Assembly (NCBI GenBank): GCA_963743915.1
Contig: CAVURN010000001.1
Location: forward strand, 800,001 to 864,000
DNA: 64,000 nucleotides
Direction of reading: 5' to 3'
DNA from: an uncultured Actinomycetota bacterium
GTDB lineage: Bacteria > Actinomycetota > Actinomycetes > JAHEKZ01
A program made the translations under genes and the position numbers. Shown in pieces: positions 22,338 through 32,615 of this stretch; the stretch's first letter is position 1; every line of letters starts with the position of its first letter. The notes under the pieces were generated by a model. That model was not told the DNA's origin and ran no database searches. It saw only the letters and a list, made by a program, of their open reading frames with translations.

Positions 22338-23641
22338 ACGGCGCCACCGAGGCGCACCTACCCGACCCGCTGCAGCGCCGCACGGTCCGCGTCCTGGCCG
22401 GGGCGCAGGTGCTGAGCGGGGTCGGCGTCGGGGCGGGGATCGCCGCAGGCAGTCTGCTCGTCGCGGAGATCACCGGGTCGGAGGGGCTGGCCGGACTGGC
22501 CCAGACCGCCGGCGTGGTGGGTGCGGCCGTGGCCGCTGGGCCGCTTGCGTGGCTCTCCTCCCGCTCCGGACGCCGGGTCGGGCTGGCCACCGGGTTCTGG
22601 ATAGCCGCCACCGGTGCGGCCGTCGTCGTCGCGGCAGCCGTCATCGAGCTGCTGCCACTGGTGCTGGTCGGCACCTTCGCGGTCGGCATCGCCTCCGCCG
22701 TCGGACTACAGGCACGGTATGCGGCCGGAGACCTGGCGGAACCGCAGCACCTCGCGCGAGACCTCTCGCTGGTGGTCTGGTCCACGACCGTCGGAGCCGT
22801 GCTCGGACCCAACCTGATGGAGCCGGCTTCCCGCCTCGCCGACTCCATGGGCCTGCCGCCGTTGAGCGGGCCCTACCTGCTCACCGCGGCAGCGGTGACG
22901 CTGGCGGCCCTGCTCATCACCGGTGGGCTGCGCCCCGACCCATTGCTGGAGAGCCGCGCAAGGGCGCACGCAGAGGCCGAGGCGACGGGGGGCGAGCCGC
23001 CGCGTCCGCACGCCGGCCTGGTGGCCGAGCTGGCGCACGGCGTACGAGTCATCCGACAGGCGCCGGGGGCGTCGTTGGCCGTGGCCTCGATCGCGGTCGG
23101 GCACATGGTGATGGTCATGGTGATGGTCATGACGCCCGTGCACATGCAGCACGTCGACGTCACTTTGCAGGTCGTCGGGCTGGTCATCAGCGTGCACATC
23201 CTCGGGATGTTCGCGTTCTCACCCCTCGTCGGCTGGCTGGCCGACCGGTGGGGGAGCCTGCCGGTCATCGCCCTCGGGGTGGCGGTGCAGGCACTCGCCT
23301 GCCTGATTGCCGGAACCGCACCTGGGGACGCCGTGGGACAGCTCGGGATCGGCTTGTTCCTGCTGGGCCTCGGCTGGTCGGGCACCCTCGTCGGCGGCTC
23401 GGCCCTGCTGACGGTCTCGGTGCCGGAGGAGTCGCGCCCCGCGGCGCAGGGGGTGGGGGACACCCTGATGAACGTGGCCGCCGCCGCCGGTGGGGCCCTG
23501 GCCGGAGTGATCGTGGCTGGGGCGTCCTACGGCTGGCTGACGGCGGTCGCCGCACTCTGCCTGGTGCCGCTCGCACTGGCCCTGGCGATCGGGCGGCCAC
23601 CGCGGCGTGTCGCCGATGACGTTCGAACACCTGTTCGGTAA
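22334..23641 (+). CDS. MFS transporter
   Basis: About 12 hydrophobic segments, RSGRR, QARYAAGDL, GWLADRWG. Confidence 0.9.
   Translation: MNGATEAHLPDPLQRRTVRVLAGAQVLSGVGVGAGIAAGSLLVAEITGSEGLAGLAQTAGVVGAAVAAGPLAWLSSRSGRRVGLATGFWIAATGAAVVVAAAVIELLPLVLVGTFAVGIASAVGLQARYAAGDLAEPQHLARDLSLVVWSTTVGAVLGPNLMEPASRLADSMGLPPLSGPYLLTAAAVTLAALLITGGLRPDPLLESRARAHAEAEATGGEPPRPHAGLVAELAHGVRVIRQAPGASLAVASIAVGHMVMVMVMVMTPVHMQHVDVTLQVVGLVISVHILGMFAFSPLVGWLADRWGSLPVIALGVAVQALACLIAGTAPGDAVGQLGIGLFLLGLGWSGTLVGGSALLTVSVPEESRPAAQGVGDTLMNVAAAAGGALAGVIVAGASYGWLTAVAALCLVPLALALAIGRPPRRVADDVRTPVR
23623..23638. promoter_or_regulatory. LexA (SOS) box upstream of recA
   Basis: TCGAAC-ACCT-GTTCGG, close to the actinobacterial consensus TCGAAC-N4-GTTCGA. 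Confidence 0.85.
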
Positions 23642-23693
23642 CGTTCCCGTCTGACGCCCCAGTTGTCCACCGGTGGGCCCAGCCCGATGGTGC

Positions 23694-23716
23694 TTGTCAG
23701 TGGCCCGCCGTAGCGT
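23694..23716 (+). promoter_or_regulatory. RecA-NDp/PafBC-type promoter of recA
   Basis: TTGTCAGTG-N8-TAGCGT, an exact fit to tTGTCRgtg-N8-TAnnnT. Confidence 0.8.
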
Positions 23717-23767
23717 CGCTCGCGACATCGCACGACCGCCGCCCACGGCACCGATGAAGGGAACCCC

Positions 23768-24817
23768 ATGGCAGACCGCGACAAGGCCCTGGACACCGCT
23801 CTCGCCCAGATCGAGCGGCAGTTCGGCAAGGGCTCGGTGATGCGTCTCGGCGACGAGACCCGCGCCCCGGTCGAGGTGATCCCCACCGGTGCGATCTCCC
23901 TCGACCTCGCTCTCGGCATCGGCGGTCTGCCGCGTGGCCGGGTGGTCGAGATCTACGGTCCTGAGTCCTCCGGAAAGACGACCGTGGCGCTGCACGCGGT
24001 GGCCAACGCCCAGGCGCTGGGTGGCATCGCCGCCTTCATCGACGCCGAGCACGCGCTCGATCCCGAGTACGCCAAGAAGCTCGGTGTCGACACCGACGCC
24101 CTCCTGGTCTCCCAGCCCGACACCGGTGAGCAGGCACTCGAGATCGCCGACATGCTCATCCGCTCCGGTGCGATCGACCTCATCGTGGTCGACTCCGTCG
24201 CCGCCCTGGTCCCGCGAGCGGAGATCGAGGGCGAGATGGGAGACAGCCACGTCGGCCTTCAGGCACGCCTGATGAGCCAGGCGCTCCGCAAGATGACCGG
24301 GGCGCTGAGCCAGACCAGTACGACCTGCATCTTCATCAACCAGCTGCGCGAGAAGATCGGTGTCTTCTTCGGCTCTCCGGAGACCACCACCGGTGGCAAG
24401 GCGCTGAAGTTCTACGCGTCGGTGCGCATGGACGTGCGCCGGATCGAGACCTTGAAGGACGGTACCGAGCCGGTCGGCAACCGCACCCGTATCAAGGTCG
24501 TGAAGAACAAGATGGCGCCGCCCTTCAAGCAGGCCGAGTTCGACATCCTCTACGGCCACGGCATCTCCCGCGAGGGGTCGCTGCTCGACCTCGGGGTGGA
24601 GCACGGCATCGTCCGCAAGTCCGGCGCCTGGTACACGTACGAGGGTGACCAGCTCGGTCAGGGCAAGGAGAACTCCCGCAACTTCCTGCGCGACAACCCC
24701 GACCTGGCCAACGAGATCGAGAAGAAGATCAAGGAGAAGCTCGGGATCGGCGCGCAGCTCGACGTCGAGGCGAGCCCCGAGATCGATCTCACCGAGCCGG
24801 CCCCGGCCGACCTCTGA
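23768..24817 (+). CDS. recA: Recombinase RecA
   Basis: [38 protein letters not shown]. 349 aa, no intein. Confidence 0.99.
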   Translation: MADRDKALDTALAQIERQFGKGSVMRLGDETRAPVEVIPTGAISLDLALGIGGLPRGRVVEIYGPESSGKTTVALHAVANAQALGGIAAFIDAEHALDPEYAKKLGVDTDALLVSQPDTGEQALEIADMLIRSGAIDLIVVDSVAALVPRAEIEGEMGDSHVGLQARLMSQALRKMTGALSQTSTTCIFINQLREKIGVFFGSPETTTGGKALKFYASVRMDVRRIETLKDGTEPVGNRTRIKVVKNKMAPPFKQAEFDILYGHGISREGSLLDLGVEHGIVRKSGAWYTYEGDQLGQGKENSRNFLRDNPDLANEIEKKIKEKLGIGAQLDVEASPEIDLTEPAPADL

Positions 24818-24819
24818 CG

Positions 24820-25380
24820 GTGGCTCGCGGCTCGGCGACCCGAGGGCGCCACGCCCCGGAGCGCAGCGAGGCGTCGCAGGCACTCAGCGACCCCGAGGGC
24901 CGTGACGCCGACGCCGACCCCGTCGAGGTGGCCAAGGCGATCCTGCTGCGTCAGCTGACCACCAGCGCCAAGAGCCGGCACCAGCTCTCCGAGGCACTGG
25001 CCCGCAAAGGCGTCCCGCCCGAGGCGGCTGACGAGGCGCTCGACCGGTTCGTGGACCTCGGCTACATCGATGACGACGCTTTCGCGCGCAGCTGGGTCGA
25101 GTCCCGGCGACGTTCACGGGGGCTGGCGGCGTCCCTGCTCAGGCGTGAGCTTCGCCAGAAGGGGATCGCGCCGGAGACCATCGACGCCGTCATGGCCGAC
25201 CAGGTCGATGACGAGGGGGAGCGTGCCGCGGCGTCCGCACTCGTCGACAAGAAGCTGCGGTCGCTTCAGGGCGTCGACCCCGACACAGCCACCCGCCGAC
25301 TGGTGTCCATGCTGGCCCGCAAGGGGTACCGCCCCGGGCTCGCCTACGCGGTCGTCCGCGAGGCACTCGCCCGTCAGTGA
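24820..25380 (+). CDS. recX: Regulatory protein RecX
   Basis: GYIDDDAFA, ELRQKGI, LARKGY. Immediately follows recA. Confidence 0.93.
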   Translation: MARGSATRGRHAPERSEASQALSDPEGRDADADPVEVAKAILLRQLTTSAKSRHQLSEALARKGVPPEAADEALDRFVDLGYIDDDAFARSWVESRRRSRGLAASLLRRELRQKGIAPETIDAVMADQVDDEGERAAASALVDKKLRSLQGVDPDTATRRLVSMLARKGYRPGLAYAVVREALARQ

Positions 25381-27347
25381 CTCAGGGGCAGCTGGGGGAC
25401 GCCTGACGGCTCGAAGCCGAAGACCTGGCCGTAGAACGACAGCTCACCCTCCAGCGCAGCGATGTTCGACTCCGCCTTGCGGAAGCCGTGCTGCTCGCCT
25501 GCGAAGAGCAGGTACGCGTGGGGAATGCCGCTGCCCTCGAGCGCGTCGTTCACCGCCTGCGGCTGCGACGGCGGGACGACCTTGTCGTCGTCGCCCTGGA
25601 GCAGCAGGATCGGCGTGCGGAGCTGGTCGAGGTGGGTCAGCGGCGATCGCTCGACGTAGAGGTCGCGCGCCTCCGGCAGCGGGCCGATCAGGCCGTCGAG
25701 GTAACGAGACTCGAAGTCGTGGGTGTCCTCAGCGAACGGCAGCAGGTCGGTCACGGGGAAGTACGCCGCACCGGCGGCGAACGCGTCGGTCTGCACGAGT
25801 GCGGCGACCGTGGTCCAGCCTCCGGCCGAGCCACCGCGGATCCCGAGCCGTGCCAGGTCGGCCTCACCGGCGTCGGCCAGTGACCGCGCTGCCGTCACCG
25901 AGTCGTCGACGTCGATGACACCCCACTGTCCTTTCAGGCGATCCCGGTAGACGCGGCCGTAGCCGGTGGACCCGCCGTAGTTGACGTCGATGATCCCGAT
26001 GCCCCGGCTGGCGAAGTACGCGTACTCCATCGACAGGTGCGGGGCGGCGTGGGCGGTCGGTCCACCGTGCACCGAGACGACGTACGGCGGCAGCTGGCCC
26101 TCGGGAGCCGTGACGTCGGGGTTGGTGGGCGGGTAGATGAAGGCGTGGATCTCGTGCCCGTCCGGACGGACGAACGTTCGCGCCTCCGGGCGCGGCAGGT
26201 ACGCACCGTCGGGGAGCTCGCTCACCGACGGTCGGACGATGTCGACCTCGGCAGGCAGTGCCGACACGTCGACGACGGCGACGGAGTTCGGGACGGTACC
26301 GGATGAGACGACCGAGACGACCGAGGTGCCCGCGGCGGTGAGGTACGGGCCCCATCCGAGATCGGGGTGCACCGAACTCAGCTCACCGCTCGCCGGGTCG
26401 AGCACGGACAGGCTTTCGTGTCCCTTGCCGTGCGTGACGGCGAGTCGTCCGTCGGAGAGCACTGCGTAGGACGTGTAGCCGAGCTGCCACATCGGGCCCG
26501 CGAACTCCTCGTCGCGCGCAGCCAGCGGTACGAGCGATCCGTCCGACAGCGAGCACCGGTACAGGTTCCACCAGCCGCTGCGGTCCGAGACGAGGTACAG
26601 GTGTCCGTCGTCCGCCCACTCCGGTTGCAGCACCGACTCGGTGGACGACCCGGCGAGCACCCGCTCGGCGGCAGGAAGCGTGCCGCTGAGCTCGATGACG
26701 GCCGCCACCGTCCCGTCCCACGGCATCTGCGGGTGCTCCCAGGCGATGTAGGAGACGCGCGCGCCGTCGGGGGAGACGCGGGGGTGGGCGTAGAAGTGGT
26801 GCTGGTCGTTGAGCACGACGACCGCGTCGTCATCCTGTGCCGCGGAGCCGTCGAGCGGCACCTGCACCAGGCATCGGCTCACCACGTCGCCGGTGTGCGT
26901 CTCGCGGACCGCGATGACCGTCGCGCCAGGACCGGGGACTGGCTCGCCGTACATGTGCGTGACCGCATCGGTGGGGGCGGGCGTGAGGGGTGAAGGCGTT
27001 TTCTGGTCGTCGCGCAGCAGGTACAGACGCTGGTCCTCCCAGAAGCTGAACACGGTGCCGCCACCCTCGGGGGCGTCCACCCGGCCCCAGCACCGAGCGC
27101 CGTACTCGATGATCCTGCTGCGGACGTTCCACTCCGGGGAGAGGACCTCGGCGACCTCGCCGGAGGGCGTCCGCCGCATCAGAGCGGAGCGTCCCTCGCT
27201 CTCCGGACGCCCCTCGAGCCACCACACCTCGATACCGTCAGGGGCCCCCACCGCCGCTGGGAACTCCAGGTCGATGGAGCCACGGGCGACGTCCGCTGCG
27301 GAGATGGGGGAGGGCCAGGCCCCGTAGGGCAGTGTCTGCAGGCTCAT
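25374..27347 (-). CDS. S9 (prolyl oligopeptidase/acylaminoacyl peptidase) family serine peptidase
   Basis: PYGAWPSPISA N-terminus, HGGPT, nucleophile GGSAGG, DKVVPP, EQHGFR. Confidence 0.93.
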   Translation of the reverse strand: MSLQTLPYGAWPSPISAADVARGSIDLEFPAAVGAPDGIEVWWLEGRPESEGRSALMRRTPSGEVAEVLSPEWNVRSRIIEYGARCWGRVDAPEGGGTVFSFWEDQRLYLLRDDQKTPSPLTPAPTDAVTHMYGEPVPGPGATVIAVRETHTGDVVSRCLVQVPLDGSAAQDDDAVVVLNDQHHFYAHPRVSPDGARVSYIAWEHPQMPWDGTVAAVIELSGTLPAAERVLAGSSTESVLQPEWADDGHLYLVSDRSGWWNLYRCSLSDGSLVPLAARDEEFAGPMWQLGYTSYAVLSDGRLAVTHGKGHESLSVLDPASGELSSVHPDLGWGPYLTAAGTSVVSVVSSGTVPNSVAVVDVSALPAEVDIVRPSVSELPDGAYLPRPEARTFVRPDGHEIHAFIYPPTNPDVTAPEGQLPPYVVSVHGGPTAHAAPHLSMEYAYFASRGIGIIDVNYGGSTGYGRVYRDRLKGQWGVIDVDDSVTAARSLADAGEADLARLGIRGGSAGGWTTVAALVQTDAFAAGAAYFPVTDLLPFAEDTHDFESRYLDGLIGPLPEARDLYVERSPLTHLDQLRTPILLLQGDDDKVVPPSQPQAVNDALEGSGIPHAYLLFAGEQHGFRKAESNIAALEGELSFYGQVFGFEPSGVPQLPLSH

Positions 27348-27373
27348 GAGGCGACTCTAGTCACGGGCAACTT

Positions 27374-27391
27374 ACTGACTGACCATTCAGT
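27374..27391. promoter_or_regulatory. Putative TetR-type operator between divergent peptidase and Rieske genes
   Basis: Imperfect palindrome ACTGACT-GACC-ATTCAGT in an AT-richer 82-bp gap. Confidence 0.45.
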
Positions 27392-27429
27392 GAACTGCTA
27401 CCCTGGGGCCTGACGAGGGAGGCTCCCCC

Positions 27430-28524
27430 ATGCCCGTATCTGAGCGTCACACGCTCCCAGGACGCGACTACCGCGACCCCGAGATCTTCGACCTCGAGAG
27501 GCGGCAGATCTTCTGGCGCAAGTGGTTCTGCGTCGGGCGCGCCGAGCAGGCGCCGCAGACCGGCGACTGGTTCACAGCCGACGTCACCGGCGAGAGCGTC
27601 ATCGTCGTGCGTGGCGACGACGGCGGCCTGCGCGCGTTCTACAACGTGTGCCGGCACCGCGGTGCCCGGCTCCGCGAAGAGGAGCGTGGCCACGACAAGG
27701 GCTCGATCATGTGCCCCTACCACGCCTGGTGCTACGACATGCGGGGCGACCTCGTGGCGACGCCCAAGGTTGCCGAGGACGAGGTCGACCGGTCGAAGCT
27801 GTCGCTGTGGCCGGTCCACCTGGACGAGTGGCAGGGCTTCGTCTTCGTCTCGCTCGCCAAGGAGCGCCCGGCGCCGGTGCGTGAGCAGCTGGGTGAGGGT
27901 TGGGACGACCTGCTCGACTTCGAGAGGTTCGAGATCGACCAGCTCCGGATCGGCGCCGCCACCGAGTGGATGGTCGAGGCGAACTGGAAGATCATCATCG
28001 AGAACTACAACGAGTGCCTGCACTGTCCGACGGTGCACCCCGAGCTGGTCGACGTCATCCCGGCCTACCGCAAGGGCTGGGTCTTCGAGGACGGCCGCAA
28101 CGACGGCGGCGTGACCTTGGCGTCCGGATCGACGTACGCCCCAGGCGTCTCGACGCTGCCGCTCCTCCCGACGATGAACGAGGTGGACGCGACGTCGGTG
28201 TACGGCGGCACCATCTTCCCCAACGTGATGATCGACATCTCGGGGACGGCGATCATCGTCACGCTGCTGCTGCCGGTCAGCGCTACGCGCACGCGGCAGC
28301 TCGCCTGGTACCTCTTCCACCCGGACGCCATCGCCGCTCCCGACTTCGACCCGAGCGGTCTGGTGCAGTTCGGTGAGCTGGTCGGGGGGCAGGACAACGA
28401 CGTCTGCGAGCGGGTCCAGCGGGGCGTCAGCTCGCAGGCCTTCGTCCACGGCGTCTACCCCGCCAAGGATGAGTACGTCTACGCGTTCAACCAGCGCTAC
28501 CTGCGCGAGCGCGACGGCGGCTGA
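27430..28524 (+). CDS. Rieske non-heme iron oxygenase alpha subunit (choline monooxygenase/GbcA-like group)
   Basis: NVCRHRG...CPYHAW Rieske motif, NWK..ENYNECLHCPTVHP iron ligands, and QDNDVCE. Confidence 0.9.
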   Translation: MPVSERHTLPGRDYRDPEIFDLERRQIFWRKWFCVGRAEQAPQTGDWFTADVTGESVIVVRGDDGGLRAFYNVCRHRGARLREEERGHDKGSIMCPYHAWCYDMRGDLVATPKVAEDEVDRSKLSLWPVHLDEWQGFVFVSLAKERPAPVREQLGEGWDDLLDFERFEIDQLRIGAATEWMVEANWKIIIENYNECLHCPTVHPELVDVIPAYRKGWVFEDGRNDGGVTLASGSTYAPGVSTLPLLPTMNEVDATSVYGGTIFPNVMIDISGTAIIVTLLLPVSATRTRQLAWYLFHPDAIAAPDFDPSGLVQFGELVGGQDNDVCERVQRGVSSQAFVHGVYPAKDEYVYAFNQRYLRERDGG

Positions 28525-28554
28525 CGCTCCGGACCCGGCGCCAGAGGCTGGCCG

Positions 28555-28619
28555 GATCGGAGGATCCCTTGCGCTTCTCGGGTCGTGAACAGCCCAGAAC
28601 CGCAGACAATCCTCCAATC
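28555..28619. repeat. Intergenic palindromic element (family A variant)
   Basis: GATCGGAGGAT...ATCCTCCAATC, similar to 57640-57706. Confidence 0.6.
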
Positions 28620-28664
28620 GCGGCCCTCTGACGCCGTCGATCGCCGGATGTCGCTGGCGGCCCG

Positions 28665-29906
28665 TCAGCCGCTGCGTGCCCCGTGTCCGGCGGTCTCGGC
28701 TGCCGTCCGCCCCGGCAGGTCGCGGGGGTCGACCGGCCCCTGGCGCGGGTGCAGGAAGATGCCGGCGCGCGGCTTCGGCTCGATGTAGGTGCTCTTCGGA
28801 GGCATCACCTCGCCGCGCTCGGCCACCTCGATGAGCTCCTCGTGCGTCGGCGCGGTGAGCAGGAAGAGCGCGCCGTCGGGGTGGGTGGCGGCGACCTCGT
28901 GCACGTCCGCCAGCTCGGAGACGTACGACACCCGCTCATGTCCGGCGTACGTGCTCAGCAGTGGCTTGAGCACCAGCTCGTCGAGCAGCGTCACATCGAG
29001 TCCGGCGGCACCGTGCGCACGCTCCTGGAGCCGGGGTCGGACGCGGTACCAGCGGTCTCCGAGGTGCAGGCCGAAGACGCCGTGAGCTGTGGCGGGGCCG
29101 TCGGCGTCCTCCACGTCACCCAGCTGGCGAAGACCGTTGAGCAACGCCGGGGAGTCGATCGGGCCGGCCACGAGCCGATGGAACGCCAGCAGGTGCGTCT
29201 GGCTCTGGGGGTAGAGCACCGAGAGCACGGTGCCACCGCGAGGGCTGCCGTGGTCGTGCCACCGCTCGACGGTCGCGGCCACCCGGTGGTGGCCGTCGGC
29301 GACGTAGTGCCGCACGCCGCCGAGACGTTCGGCGATCAGCGCGATGTCGCCGTCCGAGAGTCGCCAGACCTGCTGCTCGACGCCGGTCAGGTCGGTGACG
29401 GTCAGGATCGGCGCACTCGCGCTGACGGAGTCGATGACGGCGGCCACGACGTCGTCGTCGCGGTGCATGAGGGCCACCAGCTCCGAGCGCGTCGGCACCG
29501 CCTCGAAGTGCCGGGCGAGGGCCTGCACCTTCTCCGGGTTGGTGTTCTCGTGGCCGAGCACCCGCCCGTCGACGAACCCGCTGACGTCCAGGTCGGCGAC
29601 GATCCCGGTGTGCTCCTCGCCGTTCTGGCTGATCCGGTAGAGGTACAACGCCGGCTGCCAGAGGTCGCCGTAGGCACCGGATCTGAGCAGACGTTCCAGG
29701 CCCTCGGCGTTGGCCGCCCCGATCTCCTCGAAGGAGGCACCCGGCATGTCCAGCGCGGACCGCGTCACGTTCAGGTAGCTGAGCGGGTTCTCCAGCAGGA
29801 GGTTCGCCCGCTGCGCCGGGCTGAGAGCGTCGTGCATCGGGCACACGACGTTGGTGGCCTGCTCCTGCCGGACGATGCGCGCCGGAAAGGGGCGGATCAG
29901 GCTCAT
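28665..29906 (-). CDS. DUF1015-family protein
   Basis: MSLIRPF start, NPLSYL, GHENT, YVADGHHR, and C-terminal MPPKSTYIEPK. Confidence 0.88.
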   Translation of the reverse strand: MSLIRPFPARIVRQEQATNVVCPMHDALSPAQRANLLLENPLSYLNVTRSALDMPGASFEEIGAANAEGLERLLRSGAYGDLWQPALYLYRISQNGEEHTGIVADLDVSGFVDGRVLGHENTNPEKVQALARHFEAVPTRSELVALMHRDDDVVAAVIDSVSASAPILTVTDLTGVEQQVWRLSDGDIALIAERLGGVRHYVADGHHRVAATVERWHDHGSPRGGTVLSVLYPQSQTHLLAFHRLVAGPIDSPALLNGLRQLGDVEDADGPATAHGVFGLHLGDRWYRVRPRLQERAHGAAGLDVTLLDELVLKPLLSTYAGHERVSYVSELADVHEVAATHPDGALFLLTAPTHEELIEVAERGEVMPPKSTYIEPKPRAGIFLHPRQGPVDPRDLPGRTAAETAGHGARSG

Positions 29907-30892
29907 CCTCCGCCACCGCCCAGAGCGTCCGGGTTCACGACGTGCACCGGCGAGCCCGCGACGAACGCCGCCACCACGTCCACGACACCTTCGGCAACGG
30001 CCAGCTGAGCCTGCTCGGTCGAGGCACCAACGTGATGGGTGCCGACCACTGCAGGGTGTGCGGCGATGGCCGACGTCCACGCCGCGTTCCCGGTCCCCGG
30101 TTCGTCGGGGAAGACGTCGAGCCCGGCGCGGATCGCCCCTGCCTCGAGGCGCTCGAGGAGTGCGTCGGCATCGACCACGTCCGCCCGTGAGGTGTTGATG
30201 AGCACCGCGCCGGGTCGCATCGCGCCCAGCGTCTCGGCGTCCACGATGCCGGCGGTGTCGGGCCCGGCAGGGATGTGCAGCGACAGCCAGTCCACGGACG
30301 CAGCGAGCTCGGGCTGTGAGTCGAGCAGGGCGATGCCGAGGTCGGCGATGCGCGCCTCGGACTCGGCGGAACGCCCCGGGCGTCGCAGCGCCAGGACGTT
30401 CATTCCGAACGCACGGGCACGGGAAGCCACCCCGAGTCCGATGCTGCCGAGACCGACGATGCCGAGGTCGGTGCCCTTGAGGCCGCGCGCACCCTTGCTC
30501 ATGCCCTTCTTGTCCCACTGTCCGGCGCGCAGCGCGATCACGCCGTCGGGGATCTTGCGGTCGATGGCGAGCATGAGCCCGAAGGCCAGCTCGGCGACGG
30601 CGTCCGCGTTGCGCCCGGGGACGTTGGTGACGACGACGCCGGACGCGGTGGCGGCGGCGACGTCGATGGTGTTGGTGCCGGCGCCGGCACGGACGACGAG
30701 GGTGAGCTCCTTTCCGGCGGCCAGGGTCTCAGCGGTGACCTTCGTGCTGCGCACGATGAGGGCCTCGGCATCCCCGATGGCGGACGGGAGACTGTCGCCG
30801 GTGAGGTCGGGGTCGACCGTGCAGGTGTGACCAGCGGACTCCAGCGCGGCGACCGCGAAGGGCTCGAGGGCGTCGGCGACCAGGATGCGCAT
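29903..30892 (-). CDS. D-3-phosphoglycerate dehydrogenase-like protein (no ACT domain)
   Basis: [56 protein letters not shown] overlap with DUF1015. Confidence 0.85.
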   Translation of the reverse strand: MRILVADALEPFAVAALESAGHTCTVDPDLTGDSLPSAIGDAEALIVRSTKVTAETLAAGKELTLVVRAGAGTNTIDVAAATASGVVVTNVPGRNADAVAELAFGLMLAIDRKIPDGVIALRAGQWDKKGMSKGARGLKGTDLGIVGLGSIGLGVASRARAFGMNVLALRRPGRSAESEARIADLGIALLDSQPELAASVDWLSLHIPAGPDTAGIVDAETLGAMRPGAVLINTSRADVVDADALLERLEAGAIRAGLDVFPDEPGTGNAAWTSAIAAHPAVVGTHHVGASTEQAQLAVAEGVVDVVAAFVAGSPVHVVNPDALGGGGG

Positions 30893-31017
30893 GGCGGACC
30901 TCAGGCTTCGTCGGTCGGGCGGCGGCGCCGCTCGAGAACGATCAGCGTGGCAGCAGCGTACGGGCTGCGGCGAGCCGATGGTCCACGATGTGGGACGTGT
31001 GTTCCGCGAGCCCCTTC

Positions 31018-31101
31018 TCCCACGAACGACGCATTCACCCACTGTGCGGGAACAGGCACCGCACTCATGGGCGCGTGCGGGTGAGTGCGTCGTTCTTGGG
31101 A
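31018..31101. repeat. Long intergenic inverted repeat
   Basis: TCCCACGAACGACGCATTCACCC and GGGTGAGTGCGTCGTTCTTGGGA pair at 21 of 23 positions. Confidence 0.75.
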
Positions 31102-31121
31102 TTCCGTACCCTGGACGCGTC

Positions 31122-32615
31122 ATGAGCAACCTCGCCGAGCCGGTCGCGCCTCCCACACCCCGGACCTATGAGGTCCGCACCTACGGGTGCCAGATGAACG
31201 CTCACGACTCCGAGCGGCTGGCCGGCTCGCTGGAAGCCGCGGGGTACGTCCGGGTTGCCGAGGGCGGCACTCCTGACGTGGTGGTCTTCAACACCTGCGC
31301 CGTCCGCGAGAACGCCGACAACCGCCTCTACGGCAACCTCGGGCACCTCGCGCCGGTGAAGGTGTCCCACCCGGGGATGCAGATCGCCGTCGGCGGCTGC
31401 CTCGCGCAGAAGGATCGAGGCACGATCCTGGAGCGCGCGCCCTGGGTCGACGTGGTGTTCGGCACGCACAACGTGGGGGCGCTGCCGGCGCTCCTCGAAC
31501 GCGCCCGCGTCCAGGAGGAGGCGCAGGTCGAGATCCTCGAGTCGCTCGAGGTCTTCCCCTCGACGCTGCCGACCCGGCGCGAGTCGGTCTACGCGGCGTG
31601 GGTCTCGATCAGTGTGGGGTGCAACAACACGTGCACCTTCTGCATCGTGCCGTCTCTCCGCGGGGTCGAGAAGGACCGTCGCCCCGGCGACATCCTCAGC
31701 GAGGTGCGCGCCCTGGTCGACGAGGGCGTCCTCGAGGTCACGCTGCTGGGCCAGAACGTGAACTCCTACGGCGTCGAGTTCGGCGACCGGCACGCCTTCG
31801 GCAAGCTGCTGAGGGCCTGTGGGGACGTGGGGGGCCTGGAGCGCGTGCGCTTCACCTCCCCGCACCCGCGCGACTTCACCGATGACGTGATCGCTGCCAT
31901 GGCCGAGACGCCGAACGTGATGCCGCAGCTGCACATGCCCCTGCAGTCGGGGTCGGACGCCGTGCTGCGTGCGATGCGACGCTCCTACCGACGCGACAAG
32001 TACCTCGGCATCATCGACCGGGTGCGCGCCGCGATCCCGGAGGCCGCGATCACCACTGACATCATCGTCGGCTTCCCCGGGGAGACCGAGGCCGACTTCG
32101 AGCAGACGCTCGACGTGGTCCGCGAGGCGCGGTTCGCCGGCGCCTTCACCTTCCAGTACTCGCAGCGGCCCGGGACGCCGGCAGCGACGATGGACGACCA
32201 GGTGCCGGCGGACGTGGTCAAGGAGCGCTACCAGCGGCTCACCGCCCTGGTCGACGAGGTCGCCTGGGACGAGGCCAAACGCCAGGTGGGGCGCACGCTC
32301 GAGGTCCTGGTGGCCGAGGGGGAGGGTCGCAAGGACGACGCGACGGGGAGGCTGAGCGGCCGAGCCCCCGACAACCGGTTGGTGCACTTCGCGGTGACCG
32401 GAGGGGACGTGCCGCGTCCGGGCGACGTGGCGACCGTCGAGGTCACCTACGCCGCGCCCCACCATCTGGTGGCCGACGGACCCCTCCTCGGCGTCCGGCG
32501 TACCCCTGCCGGCGACGCCTGGGAGGGCCGACGGCTCGACACCGACTCGTGCGGCGCCGACGGCGCCGGTGCCACCGTCGGGCTGGGATTGCCCACGGTG
32601 CCGGTGGCCCGCTGA
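31122..32615 (+). CDS. miaB: tRNA-i6A37 methylthiotransferase
   Basis: [36 protein letters not shown], and a TRAM domain. Confidence 0.97.
   Translation: MSNLAEPVAPPTPRTYEVRTYGCQMNAHDSERLAGSLEAAGYVRVAEGGTPDVVVFNTCAVRENADNRLYGNLGHLAPVKVSHPGMQIAVGGCLAQKDRGTILERAPWVDVVFGTHNVGALPALLERARVQEEAQVEILESLEVFPSTLPTRRESVYAAWVSISVGCNNTCTFCIVPSLRGVEKDRRPGDILSEVRALVDEGVLEVTLLGQNVNSYGVEFGDRHAFGKLLRACGDVGGLERVRFTSPHPRDFTDDVIAAMAETPNVMPQLHMPLQSGSDAVLRAMRRSYRRDKYLGIIDRVRAAIPEAAITTDIIVGFPGETEADFEQTLDVVREARFAGAFTFQYSQRPGTPAATMDDQVPADVVKERYQRLTALVDEVAWDEAKRQVGRTLEVLVAEGEGRKDDATGRLSGRAPDNRLVHFAVTGGDVPRPGDVATVEVTYAAPHHLVADGPLLGVRRTPAGDAWEGRRLDTDSCGADGAGATVGLGLPTVPVAR

Noticed and set aside
23663-23671. DnaA box TTGTCCACC upstream of recA
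   Set aside because: A single mismatched 9-mer is too weak to call.
23768-24817. Intein in recA (also considered for nrdJ)
   Set aside because: Normal lengths and uninterrupted motifs.
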